From a virus: a stretch of 64,000 nucleotides of DNA. The translations under genes and the position numbers were made by a program. Positions 25,584-36,400 of the stretch are shown one piece after another. Position 1 is the first letter of the stretch; every line of letters begins with the position of its first letter. The DNA lies in the IMG/VR virus record IMGVR_UViG_3300021963_000100, positions 7,719 to 71,718 of that record; one strand, written 5' to 3'. The notes under the pieces were generated by a model. That model searched no databases. It worked only from the letters and a program-made list of their open reading frames with translations, and was not told the DNA's origin.

Positions 25584-25697
25584 ACTCATTTTCTTTACTT
25601 CAGCAAAATATTTGGCAGCGTTAAGTCTAGACGTAGCAAAGTAAACTCTCTTTATAGCTTCACGACTACTATCATTTCGGTAATAAAAATAATACAT
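25545..25697 (-). CDS. small hypothetical protein (50 aa, not in track)
   Basis: MYYFYYRNDSSREAIKRVYFATSRLNAAKYFAEVKKMSLKQFLSVFGVSK*; late motif at 25718-25724. Confidence 0.6.
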   Translation of the reverse strand: MYYFYYRNDSSREAIKRVYFATSRLNAAKYFAEVKKMSLKQFLSVFGVSK

Positions 25698-25776
25698 AAG
25701 ATTTTTAATTTATATCCATAAATATAAGTGAATTTTATGAAAAAAGCAACTATTTATCTTTATAATATCATTTAAA

Positions 25777-27564
25777 ATGCAAGTAGTTGAATATTATAAA
25801 GAATACAAAGGCGAAGAGCCTTTTATGATGAAAGGTCAAAAGTACGTATACTGTTGGGGTAAATACCCTGATGGTAAGGTAGACATCGCTGTTTATTCAT
25901 ATGCTAATGATTTCGCATATGATTATAACGATTTTAGAGAAGCGATGGGGATAAATGAAAATACAAATAATTTACAAGAAAATATGGAAAACTCAATTAA
26001 AGAAAAAGTAATGCAATTAAAAGAAATCCAAGGACAATTGGATCTTGCATTAACAGCTTATAAAGAATCGATCGCTGAATTAGAATCGATGAAAAGCCAA
26101 TTAGCGCCAGAGGTTTTGGACGCTTTTAAAGGTCAAACAGAAGGGGCTGAAAAACTAAAAGTTTCAATTGAAGGGATTATGGTTGAAATCACCCAGGAAT
26201 CAGAAAGATTAACAACTTCATATAAAGATGCGTTTGAAACTGCATTAACTAAAGTAAATGAAAACACAAGAAAAGTTTTAGAACAAATCTTAGAAAACTC
26301 AAAAGTTTCATCAAAAGTCAAAGGACAAATTAAAGTTGATGGTACAAAAGTATTTGAGGGTGTACAGGATATGTTTAACGCTGTTAAAAACTGGTTGAGT
26401 AAGGCTTATAACAAACTTATGGGTTTTGTTAATAAGGCTGAAGAGGGTATCGATGAAATTGAGGGTATGATCAAAAATTACGATGAAATGGAGGCGAATA
26501 AATACGCCACACCTAATATGGATGATGTTGAGTCTGGTGCGTTAACTGAAGCTGATGTTATCAAAAATGCCGCAACAAAACATATTAATAATGGTTTAAG
26601 TGGTGATTCGTCAGTAACTAAAGCTGAGTCATTACCAACATCTGGCGGTCAAGTAATTAAAAATGCCGCAACTAAAGATATTAACAAAGGTAAAGGTGAG
26701 TCACTTAAAGGTGAGAAATCTTTGGAGGAACCTAAAAAAGAAAATAGTGTTATTAAAAACGCAGCAACTAAAGATGTTGAAGGTGGTAAAACCGAAGGAC
26801 CTGCATCGCAAAACATTGAGAAGCAACCAACATCTGGCGGTCAATCAATTAAAAACGCTGCCACCAAAGATATGGCAAAAAGTACTGGTACAAAATTATC
26901 AGCAGCAAAACCTAAAGTTGTTTCTGAAGACTTAGATACAAATGATGGTATCAATAAAGCTGATGAAAATACAACCGATGAATCATTTATGAAAATGAGA
27001 GCTGGTGCTAAAGGTAAGGTATATGAAAGTGAAATGGAAGAAGAGGGTTGGATGAAGGAAGAGGAAATTAATATCAATGAAGGTACTGAAGATCGTGTTG
27101 CAATTGAGATAGCTAAAAGATTAAAAGAAATGGGTATTGGCGGTGACGAAAACGCAATGGCCGCTGGATTGTCAGCTGCTATGGCTAGCCCATCACCAGA
27201 AGCTGAAGCTAAGGCTAAAGAACTATTAGGTTTACCAGATGCCCCAGTTGATCAAAATCCGATTTTTGAGGATGATATCCCAACAGTTACAGAATTATTA
27301 ACTGGTTTAGCTGGTGTTATTACCCTTATGGGTGTGGCTTACGCTGTAACCGAAAAAGATAAAATTGTAGCAGCTTTAAAGAAAGTATTTGGTAAAGGTG
27401 ATGATACCGTAAAAGAATATACGGACGAACACCCAATGCCAACAGATAAGGCAGTTGATATTATGGCTGCGTCAGCACCTAAAGAGGAGTCTTGGACAAA
27501 CGAAGGAGCCGATGAAAAACTTAATGAAGCTGTTAATAGAATGAAACAAATTCTTAAATATTAA
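25777..27564 (+). CDS. large acidic late protein with IKNAATK repeats and C-terminal tag
   Basis: Four IKNAATK copies; coiled coil; KLNEAVNRMKQILKY terminus. Confidence 0.85.
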   Translation: MQVVEYYKEYKGEEPFMMKGQKYVYCWGKYPDGKVDIAVYSYANDFAYDYNDFREAMGINENTNNLQENMENSIKEKVMQLKEIQGQLDLALTAYKESIAELESMKSQLAPEVLDAFKGQTEGAEKLKVSIEGIMVEITQESERLTTSYKDAFETALTKVNENTRKVLEQILENSKVSSKVKGQIKVDGTKVFEGVQDMFNAVKNWLSKAYNKLMGFVNKAEEGIDEIEGMIKNYDEMEANKYATPNMDDVESGALTEADVIKNAATKHINNGLSGDSSVTKAESLPTSGGQVIKNAATKDINKGKGESLKGEKSLEEPKKENSVIKNAATKDVEGGKTEGPASQNIEKQPTSGGQSIKNAATKDMAKSTGTKLSAAKPKVVSEDLDTNDGINKADENTTDESFMKMRAGAKGKVYESEMEEEGWMKEEEININEGTEDRVAIEIAKRLKEMGIGGDENAMAAGLSAAMASPSPEAEAKAKELLGLPDAPVDQNPIFEDDIPTVTELLTGLAGVITLMGVAYAVTEKDKIVAALKKVFGKGDDTVKEYTDEHPMPTDKAVDIMAASAPKEESWTNEGADEKLNEAVNRMKQILKY

Positions 27565-27568
27565 AAAA

Positions 27569-27718
27569 ATGGCAGCGAAGAAAACATCAACACAGGCAGT
27601 TAAATCGTTCAGACGTAAAGTTAAAAAAAGAAGACCAGGTGTTCACTCAAAGAACAAAGCTGGTAGAAGAAAGGGTAGTAAAAATTACCTAAAGAAATAT
27701 AGAGGGCAAGGTAGATAA
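27569..27718 (+). CDS. small very basic protein ending YRGQGR (49 aa, not in track)
   Basis: MAAKKTSTQAVKSFRRKVKKRRPGVHSKNKAGRRKGSKNYLKKYRGQGR*. Confidence 0.8.
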   Translation: MAAKKTSTQAVKSFRRKVKKRRPGVHSKNKAGRRKGSKNYLKKYRGQGR

Positions 27719-27744
27719 AAAAAGGGGCTTATAGCCCCTTTTTT
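27717..27744. terminator. bidirectional intrinsic terminator
   Basis: AAAAAAGGGGCT-TAT-AGCCCCTTTTTT between convergent genes. Confidence 0.9.
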
Positions 27745-27746
27745 AT

Positions 27747-29135
27747 TTAAAACTCATACAGTAAAAAATATAACTCTTCTTTCGGTCTAGTTACTGCAAC
27801 GTAGTGTATGTTTCTAGCTTCAACATCCACATCCCCATCATCTTTAATAAAAGAAAATTTATTAACATCAGCAAATTCATCATCCATTAATAATTCTGGA
27901 TCTATGGAATTAACAACGACACACCTCGGGAATTCACGACCTTTACTTTTATGTATACTAGTCACAAAAACATCTGAATTTTTATTACCCTCAATAAAAT
28001 CAATTAACCCGAATGTGTTTTTATGGTAAGGTGCGACAGACTCGAGTCTCTTTTTTAGTGATGGGTTTATCTTACCATCTCTAACGTTTTTAATATCTTG
28101 TTCTGTAATATAATTAAAATAACGCATTTTAATTTTTTCTTTTAAACAACGTTTTTCTATTTCTTTAATGACGTTATTTGTTCTGGCTAATATCGCTAAA
28201 GGTTTACCATCCTCCATCATATCGTATAGGGTGTCCTCATCAATTAATTTATCATGGACATAACCATCGTCTTCATTAAATGGTATGGCCTTTAAGTCGC
28301 TATATCTATTGGCATTTTCAACAATTTTTTTATTGGATCTAAAGTTCTTAGTCAATGTCATTTCAATTGTTTTATGACTACCCATTAAAAGATTCTCAAT
28401 CGCTTCACAATTGGCACCAGAAAACCCATATATTGATTGATTTTTATCACCGATAAGATGGTATTGTTTAGCCTTTATCGTTAACAAAATTTTCATTTGT
28501 AGGGTTGATGTGTCTTGGTACTCGTCAACAAAAATATAATCATATGTGTTTTCAAAAAATTGTTTGTACTTGGGGTTTCTACTGAATTTTTCAGTGTCTA
28601 TTAACATATCTGAGAAATCTCGGCTTTTAGTTTCTTTTGTGAAAGCCATATATTCATCATAAAACTGTGGTTTTGGTACTTTTAACCCATCAGCATTTTG
28701 TAGTTTGTAAGCTGAGAAATTTGATGATATCATTGCACCCTCCTCGTAAAATCTATCAACATTAGCAGCGTATTGCTGTTTAATCTTCATTGGGTCTTTA
28801 ACATGTGGTTTATATTTGTCTTTATACCAATTAGTGAACTCATAAAAAGTAACAATAGGTTTAAATAAACCCATTTTTCCTAATAGGCTACTGGTAAAAC
28901 TATGTATTGTTGTTATCTTAACATCGTGTTTGATTCTGGATCTTAATTCATTTACCGCATCATTGGTGAAGCTAAAGAATATAATTCTGGATGGATCAAC
29001 ACCATCTTCAATCATTTTATTTAATCTACCAACAGTGGAATGTGTCTTACCAGAACCAGCTGTTGCTGATAGTATAATTGACTCATTACCAGTGTAATTA
29101 ATGAATTTTAGTTGTTCATCTGTGTACTTATTCAT
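27747..29135 (-). CDS. UvrD/Rep/PcrA-family SF1 helicase (compact)
   Basis: ATAGSGKT, VDEYQD, GDKNQSIYGF, NFRS, SIHKSKGREF, YVAVTR. Confidence 0.95.
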   Translation of the reverse strand: MNKYTDEQLKFINYTGNESIILSATAGSGKTHSTVGRLNKMIEDGVDPSRIIFFSFTNDAVNELRSRIKHDVKITTIHSFTSSLLGKMGLFKPIVTFYEFTNWYKDKYKPHVKDPMKIKQQYAANVDRFYEEGAMISSNFSAYKLQNADGLKVPKPQFYDEYMAFTKETKSRDFSDMLIDTEKFSRNPKYKQFFENTYDYIFVDEYQDTSTLQMKILLTIKAKQYHLIGDKNQSIYGFSGANCEAIENLLMGSHKTIEMTLTKNFRSNKKIVENANRYSDLKAIPFNEDDGYVHDKLIDEDTLYDMMEDGKPLAILARTNNVIKEIEKRCLKEKIKMRYFNYITEQDIKNVRDGKINPSLKKRLESVAPYHKNTFGLIDFIEGNKNSDVFVTSIHKSKGREFPRCVVVNSIDPELLMDDEFADVNKFSFIKDDGDVDVEARNIHYVAVTRPKEELYFLLYEF

Positions 29136-29158
29136 CTTTATATGTCTTTATTTTTGCA

Positions 29159-29206
29159 CAAAACTAATCAATAATTTGGATATTAACAAACAATTTTTTA
29201 TTTTTG
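29159..29206. promoter_or_regulatory. overlapping divergent Bacteroidota-type promoters
   Basis: Plus strand TTTG...TATTTTTG before 29211; minus strand TTTG...TAGTTTTG before the helicase. Confidence 0.6.
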
Positions 29207-29210
29207 TGGT

Positions 29211-29783
29211 ATGGAAAAAATACTAACATTCAGCGAATGCTTTGATCCTTACATCAGCAAATTTACTAAAATAACTTTAGATAAGGAGCATGAAAGTAAA
29301 TTAGCTGGGGCGATAAGCGCAAAATACAACAAGAGAAAAGTCAAAACCCCCCCAATGACCGAAATAGAGCGGAACAGTTATAGAAAATTGTTTTTGAATA
29401 TAGCTGGTGATGTGGTTATGGAACAATATTTGGACTTGGATTTTGTTGACTACGATAAGATTTCTTTTGGTATTAAAGAACCATTTATAAACAAAATCAT
29501 AACGAATAAAAAGATTGACATTGTGACATTCAACTATGGCAACTTTCCGCTTGTATATGATAAAACATATAAAAAGACTATCTTCATATGTGCGTCACCA
29601 GAAAATAAACGAGATTATTACATTTGTGGATTGGGTACACCGAAAATGATCGATGGTTATTCAAAAAAAGAATTAGTACAGTCTGAATATTACAGAAACA
29701 TGGGTAAATCAGCGTTTTATGCTTTTTATAATTTACAACCCATACCAAATTTTATGTATGACTTTAATGCACTTATTGGATAA
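29211..29783 (+). CDS. hypothetical protein
   Basis: 190-aa ORF. Confidence 0.8.
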   Translation: MEKILTFSECFDPYISKFTKITLDKEHESKLAGAISAKYNKRKVKTPPMTEIERNSYRKLFLNIAGDVVMEQYLDLDFVDYDKISFGIKEPFINKIITNKKIDIVTFNYGNFPLVYDKTYKKTIFICASPENKRDYYICGLGTPKMIDGYSKKELVQSEYYRNMGKSAFYAFYNLQPIPNFMYDFNALIG

Positions 29784-29811
29784 ACAAACTATTTATAATT
29801 AAATAAATTAT

Positions 29812-30390
29812 ATGGGTAATAAATTATACAGAGTTAGCGAAACACAATTTAAAGATGTGTTAGAGACTCTAAAAAAAGAGAGGGAAGTTGTTGAATCCAC
29901 CGAACAAATTAATGAAGCTGGTGTTGATGATAACATATTTGAGGCCGAGCTTGGTTATATGGAAATTGACGTCACCGATATGGGTGAATTTAAAGAAACT
30001 ATATTTAAAATGGTTCCAAGTAATTATGATGTTGATTTGAGATATGGTAAAGCTAAAGTGAAATACGGTATTAGTCTTGAGTATCGTAGTTATGGTATTA
30101 AAAATATATACCTATCCCCGCAAAGCGTATATCTATCAGGTGAATTAACAATTGACAGTGAAAATGATAGCACGGTAAAAGACTTTGAAATTGAATATAC
30201 ACGTGACGGATTAAAAATGAATACTTTGAGTGGTAATATGGAAATTGAGGGTAATAATACCCAAATAGGTGATTTACCACAAAAAGTTGAATTCGATTCA
30301 AAGGAAATGCATTCAAATGACGGTGTTTGGGTTAGCGCTTTAGCTATCGAGCAATCGCCAAATCTAATAAAATTTATATTTGAATATTAA
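29812..30390 (+). CDS. acidic late protein with YRVSETQF N-terminal motif
   Basis: Late motif at 29790; N-terminus shared with the next gene. Confidence 0.8.
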   Translation: MGNKLYRVSETQFKDVLETLKKEREVVESTEQINEAGVDDNIFEAELGYMEIDVTDMGEFKETIFKMVPSNYDVDLRYGKAKVKYGISLEYRSYGIKNIYLSPQSVYLSGELTIDSENDSTVKDFEIEYTRDGLKMNTLSGNMEIEGNNTQIGDLPQKVEFDSKEMHSNDGVWVSALAIEQSPNLIKFIFEY

Positions 30391-30395
30391 ACATT

Positions 30396-30989
30396 ATGGC
30401 TAAATATAGAGTAACAGAAGCCCAACTTCAAAAAATATTTGAGGACTTAGAAATGAAAAGATTATCAGAATACGATAACTATAATTACCCGATGGGTGCG
30501 GATGCGGATCCTAATGCGCCATGGAATCAATCTGAGCCTAATTATAAAGATGCTAAAGATGTTAGTGGTAACTATGTAACAATAGCGTCTGATCGTGGTG
30601 AATATCTTTTAAAGAATAAAGAAAATAATCAATTATTTTACACTATTGATGACGTGTTTGACGAATACACAGGTGGTAGGTATTATGATATCAAGGATGC
30701 GTTATATGATTATTTAAACATTGAACAACAAGAGGAAGCGGATGAGGATGGTAAATATTTAACCGATGCTGATGATTGGAAGGATTATATCGATAGCGAT
30801 GCTTTATTGTATGCATTGGAAAGTTATATGAATGATGCTGTAAAAAGTGGGGAAACTCTTGATGTTGTAGATGCTGATAAATGGCAAGATGGTGAAGGTA
30901 AATTTCTTTTAGTGACACCAGAGTCTATTGGTGAAATTATGAGCGAAAAACTAAAAACTGAAGCTAATAAACAACTTGGTTTAAGCTAA
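30396..30989 (+). CDS. acidic late protein with YRVTEAQL N-terminal motif
   Basis: NYPMGADADPNAPWNQ module. Confidence 0.8.
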   Translation: MAKYRVTEAQLQKIFEDLEMKRLSEYDNYNYPMGADADPNAPWNQSEPNYKDAKDVSGNYVTIASDRGEYLLKNKENNQLFYTIDDVFDEYTGGRYYDIKDALYDYLNIEQQEEADEDGKYLTDADDWKDYIDSDALLYALESYMNDAVKSGETLDVVDADKWQDGEGKFLLVTPESIGEIMSEKLKTEANKQLGLS

Positions 30990-31379
30990 AATATTAAATA
31001 AATTTTTTTGATCTTGGGGTACTTCTATGAAAGCATGGGTGTACCCTAATTTTTTTAACGCAACTATGCGATGCCTTCCATTTCTAACACCTAATTTACC
31101 ATTATAAAATCCAGCTTCTGTTGGCTCTAGCATTACATCATAATGCCATCTTTCACCTGTTTTAGGGTGAAATATTCTTGGATCTTCACTGTAATTAGTT
31201 ATATAATCCGTGGATTTTTTAATCCTTTCTAAACTAGATGGTGATTTAGTATCGGTACCGATATAAAAATCTGGATCATCTTTTTTTAATCTGTCCATAA
31301 ATTTATCGATATTAACCAAAACCAACGTATCCTCATTTGGATACACCATAACGTATCTATCTTTTGGTATTAATTTCAT
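30981..31379 (-). CDS. ParB/sulfiredoxin-like domain protein
   Basis: VRNGRHRIVALKKLG resembles the ParB-N DGxHR motif. Confidence 0.6.
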   Translation of the reverse strand: MKLIPKDRYVMVYPNEDTLVLVNIDKFMDRLKKDDPDFYIGTDTKSPSSLERIKKSTDYITNYSEDPRIFHPKTGERWHYDVMLEPTEAGFYNGKLGVRNGRHRIVALKKLGYTHAFIEVPQDQKNLFNILA

Positions 31380-31445
31380 TGGGCAAATTTAATATAAATA
31401 TCAGAACAAATGACATTATCGAGGTATTTATAAATAAAAGATATT

Positions 31446-32102
31446 ATGGTTATCACAAAAAAAGATATCACTGAAATGGTTATGAGTCAGAATGAAACTG
31501 ATTCACCGATAACATCTGGTCAAGGCACTGGTTACGGCCAGGAAATTAAAAACGGGGTTAGTAAAATGAAAACTGGTGCCAAAGAAATTGGTGGGTCTAT
31601 TGTTAATGGTATTATGAATGTGTTATCAAAAGAAGAAAAGGGTCATTTCACAAATAAAAATGTTTTTGCTTTAATTGATGAGATAATTACAATGGAGACA
31701 GGTGAGGCGGTAATAGATGATTTATCTTTTACCGATAAAAGATTATGTGAGGGTATTATCACGCCAGAAATACTTGAAAATGTGGTAAACGATGCTTTAT
31801 ATGAATACTACAGTATGACCGAATCAAATATAAATGAAGCTGAGTATCGTGGTAAAAAAGTTAGTTTAGGTAAAATATCACGTGGTGACGTTAAAAAATA
31901 TAAAGTATTTGTTAAGAACTCAAAAGGTAACGTTGTTAAAGTTAATTTTGGTGATCCAAACATGGAAATTAGACGTGATAATCCAGAAAGAAGAAAAAAC
32001 TTTAGGGCTAGACATCATTGTGATAACCCAGGCCCTCGCTGGAAGGCGAGATACTGGGCGTGTAGAACCTGGTCAAGAAAGCCAGTATCAAAAATGGTTT
32101 AA
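31446..32102 (+). CDS. late protein with basic C-terminal FGD...FRARHxC...YWAC domain
   Basis: Acidic N-half, INE boundary, basic C-half. Confidence 0.8.
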   Translation: MVITKKDITEMVMSQNETDSPITSGQGTGYGQEIKNGVSKMKTGAKEIGGSIVNGIMNVLSKEEKGHFTNKNVFALIDEIITMETGEAVIDDLSFTDKRLCEGIITPEILENVVNDALYEYYSMTESNINEAEYRGKKVSLGKISRGDVKKYKVFVKNSKGNVVKVNFGDPNMEIRRDNPERRKNFRARHHCDNPGPRWKARYWACRTWSRKPVSKMV

Positions 32103-32104
32103 TT

Positions 32105-32371
32105 ATGAGTAGTTATATTTTAACAAAGGAAGCTATAGAACATATAGTTAAGGAGTATTCCTTCGATGGTAAATACGAAGGTGATAAAATATTTGTTGGA
32201 TCGTTTAGAAGGAGAAATTTACCAAAAGCGATTTTAAGCAACGTATTAAAGGCCATACAAGCCACAACGGGTCAACGTGCCACCGCATTAAAATATGCAA
32301 ATGGCGCTTACGATAACGTTGAAATTAGACTATTCGGACAGCTATTAACTTACTTATCTGGTAGGTGGTAA
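32105..32371 (+). CDS. hypothetical protein
   Basis: 88-aa ORF 2 nt after the upstream stop. Confidence 0.7.
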   Translation: MSSYILTKEAIEHIVKEYSFDGKYEGDKIFVGSFRRRNLPKAILSNVLKAIQATTGQRATALKYANGAYDNVEIRLFGQLLTYLSGRW

Positions 32372-32372
32372 T

Positions 32373-32768
32373 CTAAAATGTTAGTTTACACATACCAGCA
32401 TATTTTTCCATATTCGTGGAAGTCCTTTCATCTTCATCATACCACTCCAAACCAACATCAGCGGATGATGAAAAAACCCAATTAGAATACTTATCCATAA
32501 ATTTATCTTCACCACCAATAGGTATTGAAATCTCAATCCCATTTAGTTTTATAAATTTATAATCATTATTACTGTCACCTATAGGTTTACTGAAGATATA
32601 TGATATGTTTTCCTTATGGGTTATGAACTCTTTGAATAGTGTGTAATTTATTTTTTTATTGCATACGATTAAATCTCTAAAGGCAAAACAAAAATATTCC
32701 GCAACCGAAAACGGTAGTTTGTAATCGTATAGACTTAAAATACTATCAGCGGTATCAACCTTCAACAT
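32373..32768 (-). CDS. hypothetical protein
   Basis: ATG 32768 overlapping the end of the kinase gene. Confidence 0.7.
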   Translation of the reverse strand: MLKVDTADSILSLYDYKLPFSVAEYFCFAFRDLIVCNKKINYTLFKEFITHKENISYIFSKPIGDSNNDYKFIKLNGIEISIPIGGEDKFMDKYSNWVFSSSADVGLEWYDEDERTSTNMEKYAGMCKLTF

Positions 32769-33318
32769 GTTCAACAACCAAAGAGTCTATCTTATTATAT
32801 AGATCCTCTAGTGTTCCATCATTTTGAAGTATATTAGTAACACCAGTTATTAAATCCATTTCCATTTCAGATGCGTGCTCATCAACAGATACTAAACTAG
32901 GTCTTTGTACTTTCCATACCTGACCGCCCATTTTTAAAATAGCGTCAGCCTCGTGTTGGAAACGAACATCGCAAATAACAACATCTAGCTCTCTATTCTG
33001 ATTATACCATTGTTCAAAACGTTTAACCCAAAACCCACGACCAAATGCTTGTAATTCTGGTATATACTTTGGCATGTCGTATTGAAAAACCTCAGTACCC
33101 ATTATTTGTAAAACTAATCTTGGTGTTATACCCCAAGTTGGGTCAATCTCATCTTTTAAGTCCCCAAAAACTTGTTCTTCTGTAAAACCAAATAATTCCA
33201 TCGCACCACGTTTAATTGGGTTTGCAAAACTATATTTTGTGAAATTTTTGTTAGATACGAGATAATCACCAGATGTATCTTTACCTGATCTTTTTTTACC
33301 GATAATTCCTATTAACAT
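32755..33318 (-). CDS. deoxynucleoside monophosphate kinase (T4 gp1-like)
   Basis: GKKRSGKDT P-loop, FANPIK, PRLVLQIMGTE, DVRFQHE, HASE; start moved to ATG 33318, after a TATGTTTG -7 box. Confidence 0.9.
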   Translation of the reverse strand: MLIGIIGKKRSGKDTSGDYLVSNKNFTKYSFANPIKRGAMELFGFTEEQVFGDLKDEIDPTWGITPRLVLQIMGTEVFQYDMPKYIPELQAFGRGFWVKRFEQWYNQNRELDVVICDVRFQHEADAILKMGGQVWKVQRPSLVSVDEHASEMEMDLITGVTNILQNDGTLEDLYNKIDSLVVEHVEG

Positions 33319-33372
33319 TGTAATATATTTTATTGTTACAAACATAATAAAAAAAATCGATACAACCAAATA

Positions 33373-33398
33373 AAAAAAGCCAGAAAATTTTCTGGCTT
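33373..33398. terminator. intrinsic terminator (minus-strand sense)
   Basis: AAAAAAGCCAGAA-AAT-TTTCTGGCTTT downstream of the 1064-aa gene. Confidence 0.75.
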
Positions 33399-33419
33399 TA
33401 ATTATAAATTGTTTTGGTT

Positions 33420-36400
33420 TTATGCTTTAACCAATGGTATTTGCTTGTCTTTGTTACCAAGTTTATTGATATCATCAATCAATTGCTTCATAACTTCTAG
33501 AACGTTTTCAGTATTTTGCTCCAAATCATTGTTTCTGCTAATAATTTGTGCGGATTTTTGTACTAAAGCAATTCTAGCTGCTTGGTTTATACCACTTAAA
33601 TCATAATTACCAACTTTTTCTGGTAAGAATTTTTCTGGGTTACCTGGGTTGTATTGCATACCAGTTTCGGTTTTAGCGTCATCAGCCGATTGTTTTGCCG
33701 CATCATCCATTGCATCTTCTTCAGCGCTCATAACATCCTTTAACATTCGTTTATATGCGGTTACATCCATATCAGCACGACTAATCATTGAAACCATTTT
33801 AGGTGCTGGTACTTTAGCTAATGAACCCAACACAACAGATAGGAAATCAGCTAATTTAATTCTGTTAAGTTTTTTATTGTGTTTTTTCATATAACTAACA
33901 ACAATCTTACTACTCAAATCTGGTATAATTGTAGCTAACTCTTGGAAAATTAGTCCAGCTGTACCGTTCATAATAGCATCTTCCTTACTTTGCTTCATTT
34001 CTGGTTGATTATCACCAAATTCATCTAATGTTGTTATATTTTCTAAAATAACATCAATTAAATTATTATGGGTTTCCATTAAATTGTGTAACTCAACACC
34101 CTCATAAAACTCACTACCATAGAAATTACCACCCCTTTTACTTGGTTTACCAGCATCGGCATCTTGATTGTTTTGATTATCTTGGTTGTCAGTCGGTGTG
34201 TTTTGGTTATTATTAGATGAATTTTGATTGTTAGAGTTACCTTGGTTACCATTTGATGACCCTTGGTTGTTAGAGTTACCTTGGTTACCATTTGATGATC
34301 CTTGGTTGTTGGTGTTTGTTTTATTAGTACCATCTTTCACATTAGGGTTACCTGTGTTTAAAGACATTTCGCCACTTTTAACTTTATCTATTAAAGTTGA
34401 GAAAACAGCATACATTGATTTAAGGTAATTTGGTAAATTTTTCAAAAATTCACGTCTATCATTGTAAACTTTATTCATTTCACCTTTACCTGGAACTCTC
34501 TCAGCTCTTTCATTTAATTTATTGATACCAATTGATTTTAATTGATCCATGATATTGTTACCATTTTTAAATTGAACTGAGTAGATAGCTTTATTAAAAT
34601 CACTGATAAATATTTTTAAACTTTTTTCATCTGAAATTAATAAACTATTAATATCCATTCTAGCTATAGGATTACCTTTAGCTTGATCTAATAAATTTTG
34701 TAATTTTTTATCTTGTGTGCCAAATCTATTAAGGGTTTTAACAATATTAGATAATCTATTTACATTGGTTTTGAACAACTTTAATTGATTTTGGCTTAAA
34801 CCAATATCACCAATACCCTTATCGTTGGTATTTTTTTCTGAAGCCGCTTGACCTTTAGAGCTAATCGATCTCATCAAGCTATCATCAGCCTCAACCAAAA
34901 TATCTAAACTGTTTAATAAATTAATTAACTGGATATCACCCTCCATTAATTTGTATATATCATTAACATCATTAGGTTGTGTTATTTTCTTTTCAACCTT
35001 ACCACCACCGCTATATTGTTTAGTTGGGTTAGAAGAACCTCCTTTACCATAGGTATCGGAATTAACTTGAGATTTAAAATTAAAAACATCTTGGAAATAT
35101 TTTTTCAAGTCTCTATAAAGTTGTTGGTCTTGACCACCACCAGTTTGTTTGTTTTTATTGTTACCTTGTTCGTCACCACCTTGTGGGTTTTTATCGTCAC
35201 CTTCGCCATTACCAATAACAATTGGGTTTTCTTTGGTGCTTTCAATTGGTCTGATTGACTGTAATAAATCATTTAATAATTGTGCTCTTGATGATTTTTT
35301 ACCTTTCATTCTAGCCAATTTAACAGCTAAAGCACCAAGTCCCAATGCAATACCAAGAGGGCCTAAAATTTTTGCCGCTATACCCCATTTAGCATACGCA
35401 CCAGTACTTACAGCAACTTTAGTTGTCACATATGTGGTGTAAATTGCTTTACCTAAAAATGCGGCTTGTGCGCTAATACCAAATAAAGCTAAACCAGGTT
35501 TCATACTACCATATGTTTTAGCCGCCTTTGTGAATATCTCACTAACTTTTGATGACGAGTTTTGGGTACACAATTCATGTAGCATTTGTGCTTGTTTCTC
35601 TGGTGAAATAATATTACCAGCGACATCTCTAGCACCATTACGCAAAAACATGCCTGAAACCGCTTTTTCACCACCATGATTTTCGATAAACCAATTCACA
35701 TCAGCACCAGTTGCCATCTTTCTACCACTAATTTCTTGCATCCAGTGCAACATACCTTGAGAATCTGGCTTACCACCACTAATTAATTTTTCAATTTGTT
35801 GTGGGCTTGTAATGGTTTTTATCGTTTGAGGGTCAACCAAATTTTTAAACCAGTCTGTTTGAAACATCCAAGATAAACCCTTTAAAACACCACCACCAAT
35901 AGCTAATAAAGCTGGTAGTTTATTCGAATCTAAAGTTTTCATTCTGGTGCTATCATAAGCAGCCACATCACCTTTTTTAATCGCTGATTTGGTTGACGCA
36001 AATCTATTATCGGCATCAGCTTTAGCTTGATCTAAATCATCGTAGGCTTCCATTAGTTCAGTTAATACTTGATCGGTATCTGTTTCCTCACCTTCATTAA
36101 ACACACTAAATGCTGCGGTTAAATCATAATCCAAATATTTCTGAGTGTATTCTTTTAAATCATTAATAATTTCATTTGCAGCGTCAACAGGTAAAAACCC
36201 TTTTTGATCTGGGTTTAACTTAGTTGCCTTCACCAATGAATCATATACGGTTGCAATTTCAATGACGGTGTTAACGAAATCTAACTGACTTTTGTTATTT
36301 GGGAATTCTGGGTTTTTTTCTCTAATTGATTTATCCAAATCTTTAATTACTTGGTTAGCTTGTTTCTCCAATAAATCTTTAATTTTATTGTTAGCAACAG

